Below are positions 11,137 through 22,326 of a stretch of DNA of 64,000 nucleotides, piece after piece. Both the position numbers and the translations under genes were made by a program. The notes under the pieces are model-generated. The model searched no databases, was not told where the DNA came from, and saw only the letters and a program-made list of their open reading frames with translations. Every line of letters starts with the position of its first letter. Position 1 is the first letter of the stretch. The stretch spans positions 39,990,001 to 40,054,000 of the forward strand of contig NC_073379.1 of NCBI RefSeq assembly GCF_028641065.1, read 5' to 3'. This DNA is from Leucoraja erinacea. Lineage: Eukaryota.

Positions 11137-14100
11137 AAAATAGTAAGATTAAACGAGAACTTACCAGTTTGAAGTTTGATCTGTATTTTATGAGGAGTTA
11201 CGATGAGGGATTACGTGAAGAACCCGTCCCGCACGCATGCGCGGCATACTTCAAAGCAGCGGTGTGGAATCACAGACAGACACAGCAATTGAAATAAATA
11301 TAGTAAAGAAAAGGAGAGCTTAGTTACCAGTTTGATCTCTATTATTGAGGGTGGGAGCGGAGGGCACGTAATCCTTCATCGTAACTCCTCATAAAATACA
11401 GATCAAACTTCAAACTGGTAAGTTCTTGTTTAATCTTACTATAATTACTTCGGAGTCACGTGAGTGACTACGTGAAGATTTTAAAGCTCTGTGATTTCAA
11501 ACCGTGTAACAGTTCATACTTCACTCGCTGCCGAAGTCATTCGAGGTATGTTATCGTAATCAACCATGAATCTGTTTGTAAAACAAAAATGGTGTTATCA
11601 ACAATAACAAGACAAAAATGCTCCCCCGGGCTTAAATTATATATTTGCAGATTCTAATGTTATTTCTGCAACCGATACAGGTTCTGCCAGTGGCTTGTTA
11701 CAAAGTTTGGAACGTATACTCCCTAGACCACCCCACTGTAGCCAGGATTTGGTCCATAGGCACGTCCATCCTCTTAGTCACTGACGTGGAAGCTGCCCTG
11801 GTGGAATAAGATTTATACTCGTTAGTATTTACTCCAGCAACTCCCAGTACCTGCTTGAGCCACTGGAGATAGTTTAGCTTGTCACCCGACCATGAGGTTT
11901 CTTGTGGCTGATCCATAAGGCTTTTTCTTCTCCCTCGAGTATTTTTTATTGTGTCAACGTAGTTCATTAAGTGGGTCATGACACATAACCGTGGTTCAGG
12001 TGGGTATGCCCGGAATTCCATGACTGGACCTGATGTTCCTGGTCTGCTCTGTTTGGCCAGCCCCTGAATGGAAAATGTGACACTATCTGGTGTTATCACC
12101 ATGTTGTCCAATCACAGTAGATGGAAGAACTGGGTCTTTGTGCTGAGGTAAGGCCGTCAGCATATCCATCTTCAGGGTAGGCTGTTCCAGGGTGAGGGAC
12201 CTGGCTGGTGATCATCCCCTAAGGTACGTCAGGATCTCACTGACTTCCCAATTTGGGTGTACCTAGTTGTGGGGAATGGGAATTGAATATACCTCTCCTG
12301 AATTTGATCACCAGTGGGTGGTACCCTTGCCCTGTTGTCGTGGTGCCTGAGTTGAGTAGGCTGACAGAGTACTTCTGGCTATATTGATGGCGCAGTAGCT
12401 GAGTCCTTCATTGTGGTGAAGGATTCAGCTACTGCGCCATCAATATAGCCAGGTTAATATATAGACATGCCATGACGAATGTTCCTTAAGTGTCAGGGCT
12501 GGTTTGAAATTCTGGAATAGCTTCTGGAATAGCTTCGGCTCATATAAGCCAATTCAATAATAAGTCAACTCAAATCATGTCAAGTCAAGTTTATTTGTCA
12601 CATACACATGCGAGATGTGCAGTGAATAAAAAGTGGCAATGCTCGCCATGGTTGCCCCATCCAGGTAAATTGTGGTATATCCGAAATCTTATACATAGAA
12701 ACATAGAAACATAGAAATTAGGGGCAGGAGTAGGCCATTCGGCCCTTCGAGCCTGCACTGCCATTCAATATGATCATGGCTGATCATCCAACTCCAGTAT
12801 CCCGTACCTGCCTTCTCTCCATACCCCCTGATCCCCTTAGCCACAAGGGCCACATCTAACTCCCTCTTAAATATAGCCAATGAACTGGCATCAACTACCC
12901 TCTGTGGCAGAGAGTTCCAGAGATTCACCACTCTCTGTGTGAAAAAAGTTCTTCTCATCTCGGTTTTAAAGGATTACCCCTTTATCCTTAAGCTGTGACC
13001 CCTTGTCCAGGACTTCCCTAACATCGGGAACAATCTTCCTGCATCTAGCCTGTCCAACCCCTTAAGAATTTTGTAAGTTTCTATAAGATCCCCCCTCAAT
13101 CTCCTAAATTCTAGAGAGTATAAACCAAGTCATCCAGTCTTTCTTCATAAGACAGTCCTGACATCCCAGGAATCAGTCTGGTGAACCGTCTCTGCACTCC
13201 CTCTATGGCAATAATGTCCTTCCTCAGATTTGGAGACCAAAACTGTACGCAATACTCCAGGTGTGGTCTCACCAAGACCCTGTACAACTGCAGTAGAACC
13301 TCTCTGCTCCTATACTCAAATCCTTTTACAAAAGGGTACTGAATAGAATGCATCTTTAAAGTCGATGTCTACCATAAAGTATCCTTGGAATCCATGGTAG
13401 TAGTTACAAATTTCATAAGTGGGTATACCTGGTGAAATATTCAAGTGGTTAATCAATGATGGTGCGACGTTCACCATCTTGGGGTTTTTTTGGTACCAAA
13501 GGCTCATATGAGATTTCTTATAACCCCTGGTATATCTTTCCCAGTAGCTTCTTCTTCTTTCGTGTGGCGTGCACAGCCTAAAGTTGTTGGACATCGAGTT
13601 GATTGCATTAGTCGAAACAGGGCGGACCACGTGAAGGTTGCAACCCCCCCCCCCCTCCCCCCCTCTGTTAGTACAAAACCTTTATGTGATTGTAGGAACC
13701 ATACTTATCTGTCTTCACTGTTGTTTGGTGGTGTGTTCATTTCTTCGGTTTCTGGTTCCTTGTCTGTAGGGATGGTGTGTTGGGGGGTGGCGCATTTTCC
13801 ATGCGGCCCGCTCTGGGCCCTGGCCTAAAAGGCTTATGGGATTGGCATGCAGGCCCTGAGCTTTCACCAGTACCATGACGTAGACGCCCCTGGTGGATGC
13901 GTAGAGGTACTGCTGTGTGGTTTAGTGTGGTGCTCATTCCAGACCCTGCCCTCTTGAGCCGAATATTTTGGACACTTCGTCCAGTTTTTTAGGCTTGGTT
14001 TGGTAACTTGCCAGATAGCAGGATCTGTGGTTGTGAGGTCGGCGTTCTCACAGTCCTGTGAATTTTATAGGTTGAGGGCAGGTTTGTGACATCCCTTGAG

Positions 14101-14801
14101 AAGTTGCGGAGCATACTGTGAACAGTAGGGTCAGGTGTTTTGCCATACTACCCTGCCCTTCTGGAATGAGCATGCAAACATGATAGCTGACGTCAGGGTA
14201 TCAAATGCAATTTTAAGATATTTGGGTTTTAAAATGCCCTGCTCAATGTATCCCCCAATAATGGTGGGCACTTCGAGTAAATGCAATTTAGGGGAGGCGT
14301 GATGAATCCAATGCCTCATGGCTACCTGCCTTGGAGAGGTTTTTTGGAAAAACAGGTAGTAGGCTGGCCGTCAGTGATACTGAAAGGCCATCTTGCTCGT
14401 GGTGAAGTCACGTAGCGGCCACACCCAGCAGCTCTTCCTGATCCTGTACCTCAAGCATACTCCCGATGTTGTTCAGCCAGTGACCCCTCTTCTTGACCAG
14501 CCCAGCTCTGGTCGCCATCAATCCCTCGACAAGGGAGATGACCAGTGCTGTATCACTGGAGCGGGAGTGTTATGCTCGAACGGGGGCCGCTTCCCTCTGC
14601 TGCTTTGCTCCCCCTGGAGCAACAAACGAGAGCAAAGTTGCGATTTTAAACTGAAGGTAATTACTTACCTAACGGCCTTCAGGCTTGTAGCAGGAGCGCC
14701 TGTACTCCCGCTCTTCGCTGTTGCACTGCGTGAATGCAATGTCACGCATGCGTGCTGGACGGGTTCTTCACGTAGTCACTCACGTGACTCCGAAGTAAAA
14801 T
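11137..14801 (-). mobile_element. DIRS1-type tyrosine-recombinase retrotransposon (copy 2) with ITRs and ICR; internally deleted and frameshifted
   Basis: YR remnant 11698-12111 (KQSRPG, LCVMTHL, YKSYSTRAASTS, ILATVGWS..TF); RT remnant IDFKDAFYSVP (~13335-13370); 11140-11217 inverted to 11365-11442; 11445-11478 inverted to 14765-14798; 11212-11247 inverted to 14739-14774. Confidence 0.92.
12693..13328 (-). mobile_element. CR1 family A, 5'-truncated, inserted into the DIRS RT
   Basis: ORFs 12689-12958 and 13111-13353 (VRPHLEYCVQFWSP); (CATAGAAA)n tail; DIRS RT continues on both sides (FYSVP / FTWMGQ). Confidence 0.92.
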
Positions 14802-15009
14802 TAATTAATTTATGTAGCACACTTAGCATGATAAATAGGAGCAGGACTGGGCCATTCAGTCTTTTCTACCATTCTGCTACTCAACAAGATCATGGCTGAT
14901 CTGGTACCTCAACGCTATTTTCTATCAATTTCTGGTTCGTATGCACTCTATGGCTGAACCACTGCACTAAAAAAATGTTGTTCTCCTCCTTTCAGTCCTC
15001 AATTCTGTG

Positions 15010-15465
15010 AGACATGAAGCAAAATACACCAGATGCTGGAATCTTGAGTGAAAAAAATAAACTGCAGGGGGATCGTAGCGGGTCAGGCAGCATTTGTAGA
15101 GGGAATGGGCAGATAATATTTTGAATCAGGATCCTTCTGCAGACTAAAAATGACAGTGCTGGAGAAACTCAACGGGTCAAGCAGTATCTCCGGAGAAGAT
15201 GGATAGGTGATATTTCTGGTTGTGACTCTTCTTCAGACTCATACTGAAGAAGGGACGTGGCCTGAAACGTTGCCTATCCACGTTCCCCAGAGAAGCTGCC
15301 TGACTGTGAGTTACTCCAGCACTTTGCATCTTGTTTTTGTAAATGAGCATTTGTATTTCCTCATGTCTCCCTTCTTCAGGCTGACACAAAACTTAGTTTG
15401 TCCATTTCCTTCCACAGGTGCTGCCTGACCTGCTGAGTTCCTCCAGTAGCTTGTTTTTTACTCAG
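15010..15465. mobile_element. Nested palindromic mini-elements built from Penelope terminal sequence
   Basis: Inner inverted pair GTGCTGGAGAAACTCA (~15156) / TGAGTTACTCCAGCAC (~15321); outer pair GGGTCAGGCAGCA (~15080) / TGCTGCCTGACC (~15420); the same sequence ends the Penelope copies at 53640 and 55641. Confidence 0.75.
15244..15271 (+). ncRNA. Minimal hammerhead-ribozyme-like core (Penelope pLTR type)
   Basis: CTGAAGA-AGG(gacgtgg)CCT-GAAACGTT: CUGANGA and GAAA boxes, short stem II, palindromic ACGU helix III; stem I weak. Confidence 0.5.
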
Positions 15466-15654
15466 TTCTGAGTCTTTGATCCTGACGCTGAATTCTTCAA
15501 CACTGGTAACTTCTCAGAATTGAGTATGCTTCAGTGAGGTCACCTCTCATTCTTGTAAAGTTTGAAGCAAACAAAGAAACAAAATTCTTTCCAATAGGTG
15601 ACTCCTTTGTACAAATGGTGCTTCTAGAGTGGTTTATTGATTATTGAAAATTCT

Positions 15655-16430
15655 GAGTGCAGTTTCAATCCCAGTTTCCTTCAGAAACGCTATGAAGGTG
15701 TCTTTGTAACATTTGTTTATACCACTGTGAGCTCTTTGACTTAACAGTGCTGGGAATAGATAATGTGTCTGGGGATGTGCTTATCAATTGTAGGCAGTCA
15801 GCGATGAACCCATTGCAACTGATGATCAATAATCATGGGCTTAACAGTGTTAAGTTAACACCGATGATGGTAGCTTGGAGCAGAATGTTAACATTTGTGC
15901 AGTTGTCTTCTCACCTGTTTCTGAGGATGTGCCAATCCGTCTTTCTTTGTTTGTGATACAGAACTTGGCTTTAACAACAGTAAAGAAGGATTGGTATGAC
16001 CATGGCATGTAAAGAGGAGTGTTTGGTTAGCATCGGGAAGTCATGGTTGTTGAAAAATAAGTACATCAGCTTCCTATGGACAGAACATATGCATGCGATG
16101 AAGTGTTGGATTCCATCATTGAAATTTGCTTCCTCAGAAAGGAAACAAATTAGGTGACAAAAGTCCCCGATGTCTCCCAGCTTGCCTGCCTTGGTACCAG
16201 GAGAGGGAAGCCACCGAGCCTGGCCCTTGTGCACACTGAAGACCAGGAACCCAAGAGGAGGTGGAGTGAGTAGGCGATGGCAGCAGACACTGGACAAGGG
16301 GCGATAGGAAAAAGCGGGGTAGGGTCTTACATTCCTCATCTTCAGAGCCGGCATTGGGAGGCGCTCCCCAGGGCATGAGATTTGACTACGGCTGGGCAAG
16401 GAGAAGACAACAGTTCACAGGACGACTGGA
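15655..16430 (-). mobile_element. Degenerate RTE-like LINE remnant
   Basis: Antisense decayed ORF2 C-terminal segments and an RTE-like 5' segment; recognised by eye only. Confidence 0.4.
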
Positions 16431-16499
16431 TGGAGGTGATAGCTGCAACAGGCCTTTATGGTAAGCTGCAGCTGACACTGACATGGCACCAAATCCTGG

Positions 16500-17010
16500 C
16501 TACTATTGCATCTAGACTTGGTTTCTTTGCAATTTGTGCACACAGGGGATTGTACTTATGTATGGCAACAATCTCACTGATTTGTATACAAAAAAATAAT
16601 TTCACTATACCTTGGTACACGTGATGATAAAGAAACCATTGTACTTGTGCATTAAACTTGATACATATTGGTGTTGTGGGCTGCAGCTGAGTTGGGTCAA
16701 CATGAGTCTTAGATTTCTCAATATTGATGGTGTCGAAGTTCAGTTCAGTCCAGTTTAGTTTATTGTCACGTGCACCGAGGTACAGTGAAAAGCTTTTGTT
16801 GCATGGTATCCTGTCAGCAGAAAGACAATACATGATTACAATTGAACCATTTACAGTGTATAGCTACATGATAAGGGAATAACATTTAGTGCAAGGTAAA
16901 GCCACCAAAGTCTGATCAAGGATAGTCCGAGGGTCATCAACGAGGTAGATAGTAGTTTAGCACTGCTTTCCAGCTGTGGTAGGATGATTCAGTTGCCTGA
17001 TAACAGCTTG
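16500..17010. mobile_element. Rex1-type LINE 3' UTR fragments in both orientations
   Basis: TTTATTGTCACGTGCACCGAGGTACAGTGAAAAGCTTT; homologous inverted pieces at ~16590-16640 and 62310-62350. Confidence 0.5.
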
Positions 17011-17349
17011 ATAACTAATGAAGTATTTGTCCGCATCTTAAAAATACTTAGTGTGGCGGTTTGTGTTTGTGTTACAATGGCAGAGGCAATAGGATGATCA
17101 AGTTTAATGATTAACACCCCCCTGGCCTTTGAATTTTCCCACAAATGGGCAGAGTTGAAAACTTTAGCGTCCATTCAGAACTCAGTGGAGTCCCAGGCGA
17201 GGTGTTCCCTGATAAAAAAATAGAAGAAAGGGTTTGAGCAGGAACATAGCTTTGCTTGACTCCATTGATCTCGATAAAGAGGAGTGAAGTATTGCAGGGA
17301 CTGTGGTGATTATTTGAGAACACATGGCGCTTGTGATATTGTGTAGAAG

Positions 17350-17590
17350 ATAGACAGAAAGTGCTGGAGTAACTAAACGGGTCAGGTAGCATCTCTGGAG
17401 AGAAAGATTGGGTGATGTTTCGAGTCGGCTCCCTTTATCAGACTGGAGAGAGGAGGAAAACTTCTCCAAAGTAGGCATACCTTGAGGAGATTTCATAGTG
17501 GAGCAGAGAAAATGTGTAGAAAGGAACTGCAGATGCTGGAATATACTGAAGATAGACACAAAGTGCTGGAGTAGCTCAGCGGGTCAGGGA
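17350..17590 (-). mobile_element. Tandem Penelope terminal fragments
   Basis: Direct repeat GAAGATAGACA.AAAGTGCTGGAGTA..T.A.CGGGTCAGG at ~17346 and ~17549; decayed hammerhead-like core at 17411-17443. Confidence 0.65.
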
Positions 17591-17654
17591 GACTCAAGAC
17601 GTGATATGGAATGGATTTCTGTGGGCAGCCAGACTTGAACTGGTTTCTTCATTG

Positions 17655-17985
17655 AGAATCAATAGAATCATAGAGCCATATAGTATGGGAACTGGCCCAA
17701 CTCCTCCGGGCAGACAGAGATTCCCCATTCAAACGTCCCATTTGCCCGTATCCCTCTAAACCTTTCTTATCCATGTACCTGTCCACGTGTCTTTTAATTG
17801 CTGTTACAGTACCTGCCTCAAGTACCTCCTCTGGCAGCTCATTCCATATATTCACCACTCTCTGAGTGAAAAGGTTGACCCTGAAGATCCCATTAAATCT
17901 TGCCGCTTTCACTTAACCCTATATCCTCTGGTTCTTGATTCCCCTACCTTGAATAAGTGCCTCTGTACATTCACCCTATCTATTC
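17655..17985 (-). mobile_element. CR1 3' fragment
   Basis: ORF 17649-17912 LFTQRVVNIWNELPEEV. Confidence 0.8.
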
Positions 17986-18725
17986 CAACAGATATCAATA
18001 GATCACTGAAAGCCACAAAACAATTCATTTTATTACTGTCAAGTCTTGGATTAGCCTGCCTGCAGTTCTTGGTCTAAAGCCACATGCTAACTCAGATGGG
18101 AGTATGTTAGGCGCTGTAAAAATGCATGGCTTTATTTGAGCCTGTCTTAGTTACTGTGGAATTTGAGCTCCTGAAATTTTCCTAACTCCTTCGGTGAATA
18201 AATATATATTCATCACTTATAAATCCAACAAAGAAATCAGGAAAAGAGCCTGATTCCACAGGGATCGATGGAGGTGAATAGCAGAGATGGGAAGCTGAAT
18301 ATAAATGTGTTTCATAATAAAAAGATGTTGCAGGGGAGCATTGCATTCCTGACTTTGAAGTCTCCATTTGCACTTCACGTGCAGCTTGAAAGGAGATTGC
18401 AATCCTGAGGGGTTTATCCTAGCACGTTGGTTAATAGTCCAATTATTGCTGCTGCTTGCAGTCAGACCCCTTCTCAGCTGATGGTGCTTGGTTATTCCCT
18501 GGACACCATCACATCACTTGCACACGATTTCAGCTGCAATGTATGATCACCACTCTCTCAAAAGAAAACAAGTCAACCTCCAGGATATACTCAGCACAAT
18601 GCACAACTGGTGAGTGTTTCATTTCCAATTCTGACCACACTTATGATGTAATTGTCATTGATGAAGCCTTGGCTTCTAATCTAGCTCTCAGTTCCAATGA
18701 AAGTTCTTTCATATACCTCATTCGC

Positions 18726-19413
18726 GTACACCGGGTACTGAGAGTTGACTTACAGGTACAGCAGGCAGTGAAGAAAGCTAATGGAATGTTGGCCTTCATA
18801 ACAAGAGGATTTCAGTATAGGATTAAAGAGGTTCTTCTGCCGTTGTATAGGACTTTGGTGAAACCACATCTAGAGTATTGTGTACAGTTTTGGTCTCCTA
18901 ATTTGAGGAAGGACATCCTTGTGATTGGGGCAATTCAGGAGATTGGGATGGCGAGACTGTCATATGAGGAAAGATTGAAAAGACTAGGCTTGTATTCACT
19001 GGAGTTTAGAAGGATGAGGGGATATCTTATAGAAAGATATACAATTATAAAAGGACTGGACAAGCTAGATGCAGGAAAAAATTATCCAATTTTGGACGAG
19101 TCCAGAACCAGGGGCCACGGTCTTAGAATAAAGGGGAGGTCATTTAAGACTGAGAAAAAACTTTTTCACCCAGAGAGTTGTGAATTTATGGAATTCCCTG
19201 CCACAGAGGGCAGTGGAGGCCAAGTCACTGGATGGATTTAAGAGAGAGTTAGATAGAGCTCAAGGGGCTAGTGGAATCAAGGGATATGGGGAGAAGGCAG
19301 GCACGGGTTATTGATAGGGGACGATCAGCCATGATCACAATGAATGGCGGTGCTGGCTCGAAGGGCCGAATGGCTTCCTCCTGCACCTGTTTTCTATGTT
19401 TCTATGTTTCTAT
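18726..19413 (+). mobile_element. CR1 family A-related, 5'-truncated
   Basis: KKANGMLAFI...LVKPHLEYCVQFWSP...LGLYSLEFRRMRG; (TTTCTATG)n tail. Confidence 0.92.
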
Positions 19414-19584
19414 AATGGGGGTGCGGGGCTTCATGTATTTGTCCGAGCTCCAAGTGAACAGATCAGAGCAGCGGCTAAACATTGCTAGCAATGCATTGCA
19501 ATGCAAGAATTAGGGATGAGTTGGAGGGAAGAAGGTGACATGTTTAGTGTAGGAACCATTTTTGTTTAGGCTAGCTACTGTTGG

Positions 19585-21610
19585 CATAGAAACATAGAAA
19601 CATAGAAATTAGGTGCAGGAGTAGGCCATTCGGCCCTTCGAGCCTGCACCGCCATTCAATATGATCATGGCTGATCATCCAACTCAGTATCCCGTACCTG
19701 CCTTCTCTCCTTACCCCCGATCCCCTTAGCCACAAGGGCCACATCTAACTCCCTCTTAAATATAGCCAATGAACTGGCCTCAACTACCCTCTGTGGCAGA
19801 GAGTTCCAGAGATTCACCACTCTCTGTGTGAAAAAAGTTCTTCTCATCTCGGTTTTAGAGGATTTCCCCTTTATCCTTAAGCTGTGACCCCTTGTCCTGG
19901 ACTTCCCTAACATCGGGAACAATCTTCCTGCATCTAGCCTGTCCAACCCCTTAAGAATTTTGTAAGTTTCTATAAGATCCCCTCTCAATCTTCTAAATTC
20001 TAGAGAGTATAAACCAAGTCTATCCAGTCTTTCTTTCATAAGACAGTCCTGACATCCCAGGAATCAGTCTGGTGAACCGTCTCTGCACTCCCTCTATGGC
20101 AATAATGTCCTTCCTCAGATTTGGAGACCAAAACTGTACGCAATACTCCAGGTGTGGTCTCACCAAGACCCTGTACACCTGCAGTAGAACCTCTCTGCTC
20201 CTATACTCAAAATCCTTTTGCAATGAAAGCTAACATCCCATTCGCTTTCTTTACTGCCTGCTGCACCTGCATGCCTACCTTCAATGACTGGTGTACCATG
20301 ACACCCAGGTCTCGCTGCATCTCCCCCTTTCCCAAGATCGGCCACCATTTAGATAATAGTCTGCTTTCCTGTTTTTTTTGCCACCAAAATGGATCACCTC
20401 ACATTTATCCACATTATACTGCATCTGCCACACATTTGCCCACTCACCCAGCCTATCCAAGTCACCCTGCAGTCTCCTAGCATCCTCCTCACAGCTAACA
20501 CTGCCCCCCAGCTTAGTGTCATCCGCAAACTTGGAGATATTGCCTTCAATTCCCTCATCCAGATCATTAATATATATTGTAAATAGCTGGGGTCCCAGTA
20601 CTGAGCCTTGGGGTACCCCACTAGTCACTGCCTGCCATTGTGAAAAGGACCCGTTTACTCCTACTCTTTGCTTCCTGTTTGCCAGCCAGTTCTCTATCCA
20701 CATCAATAGTGAACCCCCAATGCCTTGTGCTTTAAGTTTGTATACTAATCTCTTATGTGGGACCTTGTCGAAAGCCTTCTGGAAGTCCAGATACACCACA
20801 TCCACTGGTTCTCCCCTATCCACGCTACTAGTTACATCCTCGAAAAATTCTATAAGATTCGTCAGACATGATTTACCTTTCGTAAATCCATGCTGACTTT
20901 GTCCAATGATTTCCCCACTTTCCAAATGTGCTGCTATCCCATCTTTAATAACTGACTCTAGCAGTTTCCCCACTACCGATGTTAGACTAACTGGTCTGTA
21001 ATTCCCCATTTTCTCTCTCCCTCCCTTCTTAAAAAGTGGGGTTACGTTTGCTACCCGCCAATCTTCAGGAACTACTCCAGAATCTAAAGAGTTTTGAAAG
21101 ATTATTACTAATGCGTCCACTATTTCTGGAGCTACTTCCTTAAGTACTCTGGGATGCAGCCTATCTGGCCCTGGGGATTTATCGGCCTTTAATCCATTCA
21201 ATTTACCCAACACCACTTCCCGGCTAACCTGGATTTCACTCAATTCCTCCAACTCCTTTGACCCGCGGTCCCCTGCTATTTCCGGAAAATTATTTATGTC
21301 TTCCTTAGTGAAGACGGAACCAAAGTAGTTATTCAATTGGTCCGCCATATCCTTGTTCCCCATGATCAACTCACCTGTTTCTGACTGCAAGGGACCTACA
21401 TTTGTTTTAACTAATCTCTTTCTTTTCACATATCTATAAAAACTTTTGCAGTCAGTTTTTATGTTCCCTGCCAGTTTTCTTTCATAATCTATTTTTCCTT
21501 TCCTAATTAAGCCCTTTGTCCTCCTCTGCTGGTCTTTGAATTTCTCCCAGTCCTCCGGTATGCTGCTTTTTCTGGCTAATTTGTACGCATCATCCTTCGC
21601 TTTGATACTA
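19585..21610 (-). mobile_element. CR1 family A, ~2 kb, RT domain largely intact, C-terminal frameshifts
   Basis: ORF 20281-21801 (KSPGPD, NYRPVSLTSVVGK, QHGF, YLDFQKAFDKVPH, GVPQGSVLGP, KFADD); the ORF's N-terminal ~64 aa is read-through into the adjacent LTR. Confidence 0.95.
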
Positions 21611-22250
21611 TGTCTTAGGCATATTATATTATTTTGTCTAGATATATCTTGCAGTGTTATTTTGGACACTTGGGAGCGGTCAGTAGATGCACAGATCGGT
21701 GTATATATAAGGGCATAGGGGACAGGAAGTGACAGGCACAGGGAGGGAGAGCATACAGTTCTTACCAGGCCAGGGGCAGAGCAGCCAGCTACAACTTGCA
21801 TGCAGAATAAGGAAAACCTGGTACATTGATCTCTTTATTTTTACAACTACTTCAATAAACAACTAATTAAACTGTAAATAATGACTGGAAGATATGTTCC
21901 ATTAGGTCTGCATAAGATCACTCCTACTTACCTGTGTAGTAATGGCAACTGGGAAAGAAGACACTGGAACAGTCAGAAATTTGCCATTACATTGTGAGAA
22001 CTAGCTCTATGAGTGAAACTGGAGCTTGTGAATCATTCAAACGGAACCAGGATTGTTTATTTTCACAAACCTGACGCCGCCATTCCCAATCAACTGGACA
22101 AGGTCGCTACCTGCGCTAATCTGACTGACAGATTGGAGACCCTGAAAGCCAGCACGCAGGGAGAGGGTACATACAGCATTTATTGTATAAGCTATATTGG
22201 AAAAATGGCTACTATAATGGTGAATTGAGGTAACCTTGAGAATCACAACA
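21611..22250 (+). mobile_element. Putative LTR/leader of BEL/Pao element
   Basis: Begins TG; TATATAA at ~21704 and AATAAA at ~21854; directly upstream of BEL gag; end uncertain. Confidence 0.5.
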
Positions 22251-22326
22251 ATATCAGTTGTTTGAAATATTATGCCGCCGGCATACGGCTTTACGTCAAT
22301 GAGTCTTAAATGGATAGTGGACAAGT

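Noticed and set aside
18456-19241. 261-aa ORF as a host-CR1 fusion gene
   Set aside because: TTG start and simple read-through into a truncated CR1 with an internal deletion
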